From: an uncultured virus (IMG/VR IMGVR_UViG_3300021378_001157)
Lineage: Duplodnaviria; Heunggongvirae; Uroviricota; Caudoviricetes
Virus record (IMG/VR): IMGVR_UViG_3300021378_001157
Length of the DNA: 64,000 nucleotides
Direction: 5' to 3' (one strand)
Part shown: one piece after another, positions 18,383 to 27,161 of the stretch
Numbering within the stretch: the first letter of the stretch is position 1
How the letters are laid out: each line of letters opens with the position of its first letter
Program-made: the position numbers and the translations under genes
Notes under the pieces: model-generated
Databases searched by the model: none
The model's input: only the letters and a program-made list of their open reading frames with translations
Told to the model about the DNA's origin: nothing

Positions 18383-19210
18383 TTACTTGTTTAAAGTAGG
18401 TCCGTTTACTTTAGCCTTATATTTTTTAACAATCTTTTGTACATTTCTATCTTGAGCAAACTTATCTAAAGATGATTTATCACCATAGAATTCTAAAGAT
18501 GCTGGAGCCGAAGAACCACCATCAAAACTAGATACATGCATACCCTTGATTTTACTAATCAGTTTATCCATCTGATCCATTTCAGCTTTATTAAAACCAA
18601 AATCATCATTAAACTTATTAGAACTATTACCTTTAACTACTTCAATAGATAATCTGGCTTCGTGGCCTCTACGATTTCTATCTTTATAGTTTTTCAGGCT
18701 TTTAACATCTTCTTGAACATCTTCATCTTTTGCTTTATAGTTCTTATCAACATAGTTAAAGAATTCTTTTCTTTTTTCTTTATCTAATTCAGCTGGAGAT
18801 TTGGCACCAAACTTTTTAAGAGCTTTTGCAAAGAAAAGTTTATACTTCTCTTCTTCGGAAAGTTTAGCCTCTTCTTGAGATTCTTTTTCTTCCTCTTTTT
18901 CATTTTTGGTTTCTTTAACTACTGTTCCATCTTCTTTTTCACCAGACTTCTTAACTACGTGCTTGTCCTTAAAATCTTTCTCACCTTTTGCTCTAGGCTC
19001 TTCAGGTGATTCATTTTTTGGCTTGTCGTGAGTATAACCTTTCTTAGAAAGTTCTTTATGGTCTTTCTCATCTTTAGCTACTTTCTTCTCACCAGTTTCG
19101 GGATGAAACATATCGTGAGGATATTTAGCCTCTTCTTTTTTTACTTTACCCTCTACTACGTCCCTAACAGTCGCAGCAATATCTAGGGTTGCTTGGTCAT
19201 TAATTTTCAT
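18383..19210 (-). CDS. highly charged hypothetical protein, possible head-core protein
   Basis: K/E-rich, with several V/L-x-E putative gp21 sites. Confidence 0.6.
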   Translation of the reverse strand: MKINDQATLDIAATVRDVVEGKVKKEEAKYPHDMFHPETGEKKVAKDEKDHKELSKKGYTHDKPKNESPEEPRAKGEKDFKDKHVVKKSGEKEDGTVVKETKNEKEEEKESQEEAKLSEEEKYKLFFAKALKKFGAKSPAELDKEKRKEFFNYVDKNYKAKDEDVQEDVKSLKNYKDRNRRGHEARLSIEVVKGNSSNKFNDDFGFNKAEMDQMDKLISKIKGMHVSSFDGGSSAPASLEFYGDKSSLDKFAQDRNVQKIVKKYKAKVNGPTLNK

Positions 19211-19220
19211 ATTTATTCTC

Positions 19221-19520
19221 CTATGTTATGAAAAGCATTCCTGTAATCCCTGTGGCTGCTGCCGCTATGATTATCCAGAATAATTTATTAATTATCGTTA
19301 CGGTTGATGCATTGTCTCTTACCAATGTATCTAGTTTATCTACTCTATTTATAAGAGATAGAATCTGTTCACCTTGTTGTTTACCGAATTCGGTCAACGT
19401 AATGATTTTTTCTTCGGCCCTTGCTAGGGCTATAATAGCTTCTGACATCTGGTCAATCTTAGTTTCGATTCTATCCAGACGTGCTGCTTGTTCTGCTCTT
19501 TGTTCAGCTGCTGTGGCCAT
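19221..19520 (-). CDS. coiled-coil + C-terminal TM protein (XhlA/holin-like)
   Basis: RLDRIETKIDQ...LARAEEK coiled coil; C-terminal TM. Confidence 0.6.
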   Translation of the reverse strand: MATAAEQRAEQAARLDRIETKIDQMSEAIIALARAEEKIITLTEFGKQQGEQILSLINRVDKLDTLVRDNASTVTIINKLFWIIIAAAATGITGMLFIT

Positions 19521-19785
19521 GTCTATAAACCCTACATTTAAGGGGTGTTGCCCCTTTGATTAATCTATGGTACTCTTCTTTCTTAATATCGAATACCATT
19601 CCCTTTTTAAGAAGCCAAGGTAGACATTTTTGTAACTGAAACTGCCAACCTTCACCTTCTAATATTTCTATTTCTCTATCTTCCATATCACGGTGCCAAA
19701 CAAATTCACTATCTTCTATAGATGGGTCAAAAGTTCTAACTTCACCATCTTCCCAATAAGGTTTACCAAAAGTAATTTCCACCAC
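19504..19785 (-). CDS. cupin-like hypothetical protein
   Basis: VWHRD.EDR...W.FQ...YHRLIKG. Confidence 0.6.
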   Translation of the reverse strand: MVEITFGKPYWEDGEVRTFDPSIEDSEFVWHRDMEDREIEILEGEGWQFQLQKCLPWLLKKGMVFDIKKEEYHRLIKGATPLKCRVYRHGHSS

Positions 19786-20152
19786 CCGAGAGTCCTAAGT
19801 TTTTAGCATAACGCGGTAATCGACATGCCCAATAACCAGATGACATTTTATCTGTCTTAGTATCACAGTTATGTCGGGCTGCAAAGGAAGCAGCGGCTCC
19901 CTTATCGTTAATCTTACTAGTGAGGCCGCCTTTAGCATCACCGAATTCTATTTTCTTTACGTTTCCTGTTTTAGTATTTTTAACGTAAACAACGTATTTC
20001 TTCTTACCACTAGACCTTTTAGGTGAGTTAAGTTCTACATCTCTACCCTGATAGTCTGCTTCAGACAATTCAATCATTGGTTGCTCTAGAGGTACTTGTT
20101 GACCTTCATAGAGTCCGAATCTTTCTTCTATATGTTCTAAAAAACTATGCAT
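19763..20152 (-). CDS. putative internal head protein (FAARHNC family)
   Basis: MHSFLEHIEE capsid-targeting-like start; KKY.VYV, FG, SFAARHNC, YWAC. Confidence 0.65.
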   Translation of the reverse strand: MHSFLEHIEERFGLYEGQQVPLEQPMIELSEADYQGRDVELNSPKRSSGKKKYVVYVKNTKTGNVKKIEFGDAKGGLTSKINDKGAAASFAARHNCDTKTDKMSSGYWACRLPRYAKNLGLSGGGNYFW

Positions 20153-20598
20153 TAAAATATACTCTTTAATGTTCTTACTACTTTACTTAATATCATCTTA
20201 ACAGCAGTGTAGTATGCAAATCCATGACCCCATACTATATGAAATGTATGGTTCTTTTCTATTTCTGATTTAGGCCCAAACTTCTTAGTCCAGTTATCTA
20301 CATATTCGCCCTTATATCTTAATACAGCATGTGATACTTTCCACTTACTTGGCCCCACACAACATATACCTGCTTGATGTGTAATTAGCATCCACCACAT
20401 TTTAATATGGCTTTCACCACATAATCTATAAAGAATAGATAGTGCGTAGTCCTCACAATCACCAACTAACTTGCCTTCTGCATTTTCGGAATATATAATT
20501 TTCCATGCATCTGCCATACCGTACTGTTCTTTATCATATCTGTATTTCCATTTACTATTGAATGAATCTACAATTGCGTCTTTATTTAATTTTGTCAT
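20152..20598 (-). CDS. transglutaminase-like cysteine peptidase
   Basis: GDCEDYAL, HAVL, YVDN (Cys-His-Asp triad). Confidence 0.75.
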   Translation of the reverse strand: MTKLNKDAIVDSFNSKWKYRYDKEQYGMADAWKIIYSENAEGKLVGDCEDYALSILYRLCGESHIKMWWMLITHQAGICCVGPSKWKVSHAVLRYKGEYVDNWTKKFGPKSEIEKNHTFHIVWGHGFAYYTAVKMILSKVVRTLKSIF

Positions 20599-21263
20599 TT
20601 TTTTTGTCCCTTTATCCATTGTTGTGCCAATCTATTCTCAGGTGGTTTCTTAGCCCAAGTCATAATATCTTTATACGCTTCTAATGTAGACCTTTCAATG
20701 TCTGCATCATCCGAATTATCAACAATGGTCATTCTGTTTCTAAACAATCCTTGGAATTTACCTATATTCTTTTGTACAGCATCCCACATTTTCTTAACTG
20801 CAGGTGTTGGTAAAACTCTATCTCTACTCTTATTTCTTTTTTGTGCAGTCTCTAAATCTGTATTAACAAATATCATGTGTACTGCATAACCTAAATCTCT
20901 TAACTGATTCACACTCTTTTGAATCTTACTATAATCCTTACCTGTTCCATCTATAACTACACCCAATCTTCCTTTTAAAGCTAACTCTAATTGTAGGCCA
21001 GTAATTTTCTTAGCCTTATCTCTTAATGCTTGACCTTGAGCAGAAAATATATCTTCAGGTTCCATTGTTAGTCCAGCCTTTTTAAGAGCGTTTTCATAAT
21101 TAATATCAGAGTTAATAAGTTTAAACCCTAAGCTTAATAAAGAAGTCTTACCAACTACAAATGATTTACCTGAACCAGGGCCACCTGCAAGGAATACTGC
21201 TTTAAATATTGCTGGGTCGTTAACCCCTTCATCTATATTAAAGTGTTCTTTAAACTTTATCAT
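20595..21263 (-). CDS. P-loop kinase (zeta-toxin/PNK-like), putative internal head protein
   Basis: LAGGPGSGKS, INSD, VIDGTG, RNKSRDR lid; MIKFKEHFNIDEG start. Confidence 0.8.
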   Translation of the reverse strand: MIKFKEHFNIDEGVNDPAIFKAVFLAGGPGSGKSFVVGKTSLLSLGFKLINSDINYENALKKAGLTMEPEDIFSAQGQALRDKAKKITGLQLELALKGRLGVVIDGTGKDYSKIQKSVNQLRDLGYAVHMIFVNTDLETAQKRNKSRDRVLPTPAVKKMWDAVQKNIGKFQGLFRNRMTIVDNSDDADIERSTLEAYKDIMTWAKKPPENRLAQQWIKGQKK

Positions 21264-21505
21264 TTCTTTAAATCGTACCTAAATGATTTATTCTTATCTT
21301 GGCCAGACTTAGTAATACCATACCCAGCAATCTTAGCTAGTTGTTGTAATACTGGCCAGTTTTTTTCTGACCTCTTACTTCTATTATTCTTCAGCATGGT
21401 ATCTTCAATCTTATTAAATAAAGTCTTAATCATATCCATGTCATTCATGACCAATGGTGCTTCATCAATATCGAGACTTTCGTTAAACTCTTTAAAAGTA
21501 TTCAT
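21260..21505 (-). CDS. putative internal head protein
   Basis: MNTFKEFNESLDIDEA start. Confidence 0.65.
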   Translation of the reverse strand: MNTFKEFNESLDIDEAPLVMNDMDMIKTLFNKIEDTMLKNNRSKRSEKNWPVLQQLAKIAGYGITKSGQDKNKSFRYDLKK

Positions 21506-21744
21506 TACTTCATACCCATAACTTTTTGGGCAATGTGTACTAAAGTTTCAATGTTTGAATTTTCCATCTTCTTTTTATTTGCATCGTTTACTTTATCATA
21601 AACTGATATAATCATAGATGCAGTAAATATATCTAACATAACTCCACCAACTTTCTTAGCTCCCTTACTCTTAACTATAGCCTGAATTACTGGGATTAAG
21701 TTTTTGGCTTCATCTACTTGTCTAAACTCTTTAAATTTTTTCAT
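21505..21744 (-). CDS. putative internal head protein
   Basis: MKKFKEFRQVDEAK start. Confidence 0.65.
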   Translation of the reverse strand: MKKFKEFRQVDEAKNLIPVIQAIVKSKGAKKVGGVMLDIFTASMIISVYDKVNDANKKKMENSNIETLVHIAQKVMGMK

Positions 21745-22544
21745 TATCCGAACTTCCTTGCGAATGCCTTTAAATCTAGTGTTTCAAATCCACCAAATTC
21801 ATCTACTACTCTATAACCTAGCTTTCCTTTATTAACTACTGGTTTAGCGCTGAAGGTTTTCATTCCCTGTTTCAATCCAGAGATTTCAGAACCGTATATC
21901 GATAAACCTTTAATTTTTGGTGGCTTAGCTTCATTAACATCTTCTTTCATGTTTTCCTTTTCTCTTTCATGCTTCTTTTTAAGAGTTTCTAATTCTTTCG
22001 CATGTTTAAGAGCAAGTTGTGCCTTCTCTTCTGGAGAAACAGCTTCTTCAACTGTATCTTCCTTAATCATCTTATCTACACTTAGACCACTTTTAAGATT
22101 ACCCTTATTGTCTACTGCCTTAGGATACATTTTAGCAATTAGGTCATTATAACCTACTAATATATTTAATAAGTCAGCTTGAATCTCTTTTGTTGAAATA
22201 CCTTTGATTACTTTCTTAACTGCACCAAGGTTACCTTGATTAAGAGCTCTAGCTACTGCTTCGTAATCTTTTTTATCTTGGCCCTTTTCTTTCTTTGCAA
22301 GTCTTGCTACATTCTTTTGAGCAAGGTCTAAGTCTTGGGCATAGTTTTCATTAACTGATTCGTTAGCTTGTTTTAATGCATCCTTAACAATAGGGTCATC
22401 TGCAAGACCTCTTTTCATTGCTTCAATCTTTTTATAGGCTCCAGTCATATTACCACCCATATCGATTGCAATTTTCACTGCGGCCGCTACAAGGGAAGCT
22501 GGATATTTACTTCTATACTTCTCTCTTAATTGTTTAAACTTCAT
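21744..22544 (-). CDS. putative internal head (poly)protein
   Basis: MKFKQLRE start; internal VNE, VEEA and VNEA putative gp21 sites. Confidence 0.65.
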   Translation of the reverse strand: MKFKQLREKYRSKYPASLVAAAVKIAIDMGGNMTGAYKKIEAMKRGLADDPIVKDALKQANESVNENYAQDLDLAQKNVARLAKKEKGQDKKDYEAVARALNQGNLGAVKKVIKGISTKEIQADLLNILVGYNDLIAKMYPKAVDNKGNLKSGLSVDKMIKEDTVEEAVSPEEKAQLALKHAKELETLKKKHEREKENMKEDVNEAKPPKIKGLSIYGSEISGLKQGMKTFSAKPVVNKGKLGYRVVDEFGGFETLDLKAFARKFG

Positions 22545-23813
22545 TTAATTTCCCCTTACTTTTGCGGCTAAGTCTTTATCTGCTTTACCCCATGTTCCTG
22601 ATGATTTGGTTACAAAAGAATTGACTCTTGCTAACCCCCATTGTGTTGGATTCGTTCCTGGTCTATGCCCTGTTCGCCATGCGGCAAATCCTCTATCAAA
22701 TACTTTCTTTAATATAGCTAATGGCATTCCTGACTTGTCTGCTTTCTTCTTTAAAGCATCATCAGCCTTACCTTCATTAACTACATAATCTTCAAAACTT
22801 AAATGTTTGGCCATTTCACCATACATATCTTTATATTTCTTAGTGTGTTTGGATGGCTTTGTTTTTGCTCTTGCATCTCCAGGAGCTGGTTTATATGCCG
22901 CTGGATTATTATCATCTTTTTCAGCACCCTTCTTAAAGTGGGCCTTTCTTTTAGCTGAAGTTGATTTAGCAAGACCAGAGTAATAGTTCTTACTCTCTAC
23001 TTGTTCCACTTGTTCTAACCAAACTTTTTTATTACCATTAGAGAAAGATACTGTAAGATAATTTGCACCTTTGGTGATAATCTTACCTTCTTCTTTATTC
23101 TCTTTTAATCTTACTGTATCACCAATATTAAATAAGTTTCCTAAGATAAACTTTTCTCTTGTTTCTGATACTGTAGGTAGTTCTATGTGAGACCTAAAGC
23201 TTTTCTCTTCTTTAAGACCCATCCCCTTTCTTACTGCATTAAATAACTCAGCTGAACCAGTGTAACCACTTGGAAGACCACTAGAAAATAATTGTAAATC
23301 TCCTTCTGCAGCCGCTGCTCTCATTTTAGAGGCGGACATCCCTGTCACTCCTTCTGCATCCGGGTCTCTTTGCCCTGCAGAGATAACTTTAATACTTCCT
23401 TCAAATTGATAGAAGCCATGTCTTGCCTGAACACCATTATATTTGTTTAGTAAAATTTCAAATTCTTTTACTCTATCTGAACCTGCAACCATTGCCATTT
23501 TAGTAAACCCTTGGTCATATAACTTAGTTGCAATTTCAATTATAGTACGCACGTCTCCGTCTGCCATGATACTTCTGGCATGTCTAGGAAACATTTTTCT
23601 TAGGAACTTAATCTTATCTTTGAATTTAAGAGGATTCTTTTTAGGGTCTTGCGATTGTGATGCGTATATTCTATACTGACCACCACGTGATACTTTTTTG
23701 AGTGTCTCAAATAGTTTTTCGTGGCCAGTTGTCGGTGGATTAAATCTCCCAAACACGACCGTTATTTCTTTAGATGCTTCGACTATGTAGTCACTGAAAT
23801 TTTTGACTTTCAT
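22545..23813 (-). CDS. HIGH-superfamily nucleotidyltransferase fused to a C-terminal basic domain
   Basis: FGRFNPPTTGH, AGSDR, MSASKMR; C-terminal RG.AAW.TGHRPG..P.QW..ARVNSF. Confidence 0.82.
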   Translation of the reverse strand: MKVKNFSDYIVEASKEITVVFGRFNPPTTGHEKLFETLKKVSRGGQYRIYASQSQDPKKNPLKFKDKIKFLRKMFPRHARSIMADGDVRTIIEIATKLYDQGFTKMAMVAGSDRVKEFEILLNKYNGVQARHGFYQFEGSIKVISAGQRDPDAEGVTGMSASKMRAAAAEGDLQLFSSGLPSGYTGSAELFNAVRKGMGLKEEKSFRSHIELPTVSETREKFILGNLFNIGDTVRLKENKEEGKIITKGANYLTVSFSNGNKKVWLEQVEQVESKNYYSGLAKSTSAKRKAHFKKGAEKDDNNPAAYKPAPGDARAKTKPSKHTKKYKDMYGEMAKHLSFEDYVVNEGKADDALKKKADKSGMPLAILKKVFDRGFAAWRTGHRPGTNPTQWGLARVNSFVTKSSGTWGKADKDLAAKVRGN

Positions 23814-23831
23814 TTATCCCTGGTTCCCATA

Positions 23832-25076
23832 TTAGTTAGGACTATCCCAACCTTTTATTATATCTTTACTGAAGTTGTTATAGGAGAATTCTAACCTATC
23901 AACTAACTTTACAGCGCCACCTTCCATTCTATCTATAGCAACAAAACCTTCTTGGTTGGTTACTTTAAATCCGGATTTAGTTTTAACAAATGTATTAATT
24001 TTGTTAAGACTATTAAGTTTATTTATAAGAATTAATTTACTATTTACGACAAAATTCTGTAAATCGAAGATTAATTTTAGATTTTTTATATTATCTTTAC
24101 TAAAAAACTTTAATAAAGCATCTCTTTTATCTGATTGAGTTTTCTTTCCTTTGTCTGAACTTCTTTTATCAATCTCTTTTTGATATCTATTATTAATCCA
24201 CATTACTAAACCAGTTGCATGTTTCTTAGTATCAGTAATTCTTTGACCTTCTCTTACCTTTGAATTGTTATATACATTAAGTAACATATTTAATTCAGCA
24301 TTAGCCTCTAACTCTTTTAGTGTAGTAGAAGCAATCTTTTTAAATACTTTACCAGCCTCTGAAAGATTTTTATTTAGTTCTTCTGTTTCTGATTTAGTAA
24401 GAGTTGCCGTACCAGAAAGGTCGGGTAATGTAGCATCTTGCATCCATATATCCTTTGACTTCTTTAACTTAGGTACTATCTCTTTACCAAACTCGGCTCT
24501 CATTGTCTCAAACGTTGCTCCACTATACGTTGTATGCCAAACAATTCCAATCTTAGCTGCTCCAATCTCCTTAGCGAGAGCACTATCAGTAGGTACTGCG
24601 TAAGCAATAGTGTTAGGATGAAACACAATATGACTAATTCCATTTATCTTCTCCTTTTTAAGGTCTGACTTATCGAACATAAAGTCACCTTGTATAACTC
24701 CTTTGATTCCTATATTTTGTAAAGTATCGAATGCCATTATAAGTTTCTTAGTTAGGTCACCCGATGTGTCTGCTTTAATATCTTCATGTGACTTATATAT
24801 TTTTGGATTGGCATTGAAGATACCTTTTTTAGCAACAAAGAATTCACCCGTCTCTGGGTGTTCTCCAGCAAATACGGCGGGGGCTCCGTCCCATTTCACG
24901 GTAACATCCACTGGTGCCTTGGTGTTACCTGATAGCATATCCCGTAGACTTCTAAGCGCTAGGATAGCTTGGCGAGCCCCCTTGACTCCTCCATCGATAA
25001 TTAAATCTTCAATGTGGGTCATGTGAGTATTCTTTGCTGCCTCGTGTAGAGGTGTATAATTACTTAATCTTCTCAT
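23832..25076 (-). CDS. RNA/DNA-ligase-fold nucleotidyltransferase-like protein (DUF6267-like)
   Basis: KWDG, IQGDFM, EGFV and AVKLV in ligase motif order. Confidence 0.65.
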   Translation of the reverse strand: MRRLSNYTPLHEAAKNTHMTHIEDLIIDGGVKGARQAILALRSLRDMLSGNTKAPVDVTVKWDGAPAVFAGEHPETGEFFVAKKGIFNANPKIYKSHEDIKADTSGDLTKKLIMAFDTLQNIGIKGVIQGDFMFDKSDLKKEKINGISHIVFHPNTIAYAVPTDSALAKEIGAAKIGIVWHTTYSGATFETMRAEFGKEIVPKLKKSKDIWMQDATLPDLSGTATLTKSETEELNKNLSEAGKVFKKIASTTLKELEANAELNMLLNVYNNSKVREGQRITDTKKHATGLVMWINNRYQKEIDKRSSDKGKKTQSDKRDALLKFFSKDNIKNLKLIFDLQNFVVNSKLILINKLNSLNKINTFVKTKSGFKVTNQEGFVAIDRMEGGAVKLVDRLEFSYNNFSKDIIKGWDSPN

Positions 25077-26533
25077 TTATATAACCTCTTAAATTCATCT
25101 GTCATCATTGCGTTGAAATTAGGTGCACTTGAAAAGTTACCTTTATATCTTAATATAATATTACATACTGCAACTGGGCCAATAAATAAAGTAAACTTTA
25201 AATTAGCCGCTCCTGAGCCTGGGTCGAATGCTTGTTTTGCACCCGGAGTATATTTCATTATTGGTTTACCTTGAGAAAATAAATCATCTAGTTTGCTTGA
25301 TACTGAATCAATATCTTTATATTCTCCCTGTTCTACTACAACACCCTTTTTAGGGCCGTAGTCACCAACTCCCGTAACTAATGCAAAATCAAAATTAACT
25401 TTCTTTAGTTCTTTTAAGTCTGATTTAAATATTAACTGAACTAGAATATTTGAAAATAAGTCTGACTTAGATAATATCGTTTCGCCCATCATTTTAAATA
25501 ATGTTCTTTTACCCTTTAATACTCTATTAATAAGGTCATTAGGAATTCTATTAACATACTTTTTCCAATTCTTAGTAGTTACTGGATTCTTATTAAGGTC
25601 ATCAAATAGTTCATCAGACATCATATCAGGATATCTTTTTCTTAGTCTCTGAGCTAATTTAATTACATGAACATAAAACCTACCCGCATCTTCTTCAACT
25701 GCTTCTTTAAGTTTTTTAAGTTTTGGCTCATTAAGTAATTTTGTGAATGACTTATTAATAAGTGTTGGGTCTTCCTCTGTGACTCTTTTCTTTTTCTTTA
25801 AAGATACCCCTAGGAATTTATTACCTTTCTTAATAATAAAGTCAGATGAATTAAAATCTTGCATTCCATATTTTGACATTTGGAATTGTTTTACATCATT
25901 ATCCCATGCTTGACCAGTAAGATAAACCATGTCAGCATTACCATATCCTGCATCGATAATAACATTAGCGGCCGATACTGCTTGTGCTAGATTAGAATAA
26001 CTACCAACTAGTGAATCTACTTGGCTTTGTTTATATCCTTTTACCTTCTTTAATTGTGCTCTTACTAATTCAATTATTTTATCCATTTCATCTGAATTAG
26101 TAATTGTATGTTTCTTAGGGAATAGACATAAAGCAGCAGTCATAAGTTCATGTGGATCATCACCTAAAGAACTACGACCACCTTTGGGTCTAGCATTTAC
26201 ATATATGGCTTTTTCCATATCTTTATGTTTAAAGTAATAATCTTTTTCTGCTCTTGCACCTGATATCTTAATGAGTTCTAAGTTAGGTTCTTTTTCAATA
26301 ATTTCTCTTGCAAGTTGTGAGAAGTTTCTACGGGACTTATCGTCCATTAATTGTGAAATTCCAATCTTTTTAGAATTAGATTTACCTGCTCTTAGGTCTA
26401 ATTCCACTTCAGTATCTATAGATGAAATTGCATCATCTATTGCTTGTACTAACTTTACAGCGTTGAGATTATCATCAGTAGTTGATAGAGCACTAAGCTC
26501 TTCTGTCATAAAACTGTTTTTAAATCTTATCAT
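25073..26533 (-). CDS. hypothetical protein with PD-(D/E)xK-like nuclease motif
   Basis: PHELMT...SSDFII...GVSLKK; MIRFKNSFMTEE start. Confidence 0.55.
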   Translation of the reverse strand: MIRFKNSFMTEELSALSTTDDNLNAVKLVQAIDDAISSIDTEVELDLRAGKSNSKKIGISQLMDDKSRRNFSQLAREIIEKEPNLELIKISGARAEKDYYFKHKDMEKAIYVNARPKGGRSSLGDDPHELMTAALCLFPKKHTITNSDEMDKIIELVRAQLKKVKGYKQSQVDSLVGSYSNLAQAVSAANVIIDAGYGNADMVYLTGQAWDNDVKQFQMSKYGMQDFNSSDFIIKKGNKFLGVSLKKKKRVTEEDPTLINKSFTKLLNEPKLKKLKEAVEEDAGRFYVHVIKLAQRLRKRYPDMMSDELFDDLNKNPVTTKNWKKYVNRIPNDLINRVLKGKRTLFKMMGETILSKSDLFSNILVQLIFKSDLKELKKVNFDFALVTGVGDYGPKKGVVVEQGEYKDIDSVSSKLDDLFSQGKPIMKYTPGAKQAFDPGSGAANLKFTLFIGPVAVCNIILRYKGNFSSAPNFNAMMTDEFKRLYK

Positions 26534-26560
26534 ATTGTCTCCGTTTTATTTAATAAAGAT

Positions 26561-26589
26561 ATTATAATATACTTTTAACGCTTTGTAAA
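26561..26589 (-). promoter_or_regulatory. early-type promoter variant
   Basis: TTTACA-N17-TATAAT without the GTAG extension. Confidence 0.6.
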
Positions 26590-26603
26590 GTATTTGATAT
26601 AAC

Positions 26604-26611
26604 TATTTATA
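26604..26611 (-). promoter_or_regulatory. late promoter heading the internal-protein cluster
   Basis: Intergenic TATAAATA. Confidence 0.8.
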
Positions 26612-26623
26612 ATATTTGGAGAC

Positions 26624-26785
26624 CTAGTTATTTCCGGCTTTTAGATTTCCATCGTTGTCTACATGAATAACTTTTATCTTTAGAAGTTCTTTTAAACAGC
26701 CTTCGGCACCAGTCTTAACACCTATGCTATAAGAAGTATAACTGCAACCTGCCATTAGTATCATTATAATAAAATATTCTAGCAT
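26624..26785 (-). CDS. small membrane/secreted protein (53 aa)
   Basis: Hand-translated MLEYFIIMILMAGCSYTSYSIG... Confidence 0.55.
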   Translation of the reverse strand: MLEYFIIMILMAGCSYTSYSIGVKTGAEGCLKELLKIKVIHVDNDGNLKAGNN

Positions 26786-26934
26786 TTTATTCTCTCTATT
26801 GTTGAAAGATATCCTTTATACGCCATATCCTTATGAAATCTATTTGCATCATCTTCTACGGCAAATATATATTCGGCAACTACTTTGCCCCCACCCTTTT
26901 CTTGGGCGAGGACTTTCCAACTATATACTTCCAT
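26779..26934 (-). CDS. small hypothetical protein (51 aa)
   Basis: Hand-translated MEVYSWKVLAQEKGGG...; TAATG coupling. Confidence 0.55.
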   Translation of the reverse strand: MEVYSWKVLAQEKGGGKVVAEYIFAVEDDANRFHKDMAYKGYLSTIERIKC

Positions 26935-27161
26935 TACACTAGTTCCAAGAAGTCATCAAACATGCCAGGGTTATCCGAGACAACTCTTTTGATATTCTTC
27001 TTAATTGTGGCAACATCATCAGTAAATCCTGCCTGTTCTGCAGTTTCAATTCTTGCCTTTACTGTATCATAATCAAACTTGAAAGGGTCGTCATATACTT
27101 TTGGCTTCCACACGATACTTGTGTCTTTTTCAATACCTTTATATTCTATTCTGCTTTTCAT
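26934..27161 (-). CDS. hypothetical protein
   Basis: 75 aa; ATGA overlap with the ligase gene. Confidence 0.6.
   Translation of the reverse strand: MKSRIEYKGIEKDTSIVWKPKVYDDPFKFDYDTVKARIETAEQAGFTDDVATIKKNIKRVVSDNPGMFDDFLELV

Noticed and set aside
20595..21263. Zeta toxin-antitoxin module
   Set aside because: No recognisable epsilon antitoxin; the neighbours are tagged late proteins, and the motifs fit a general PNK/zeta-like kinase.
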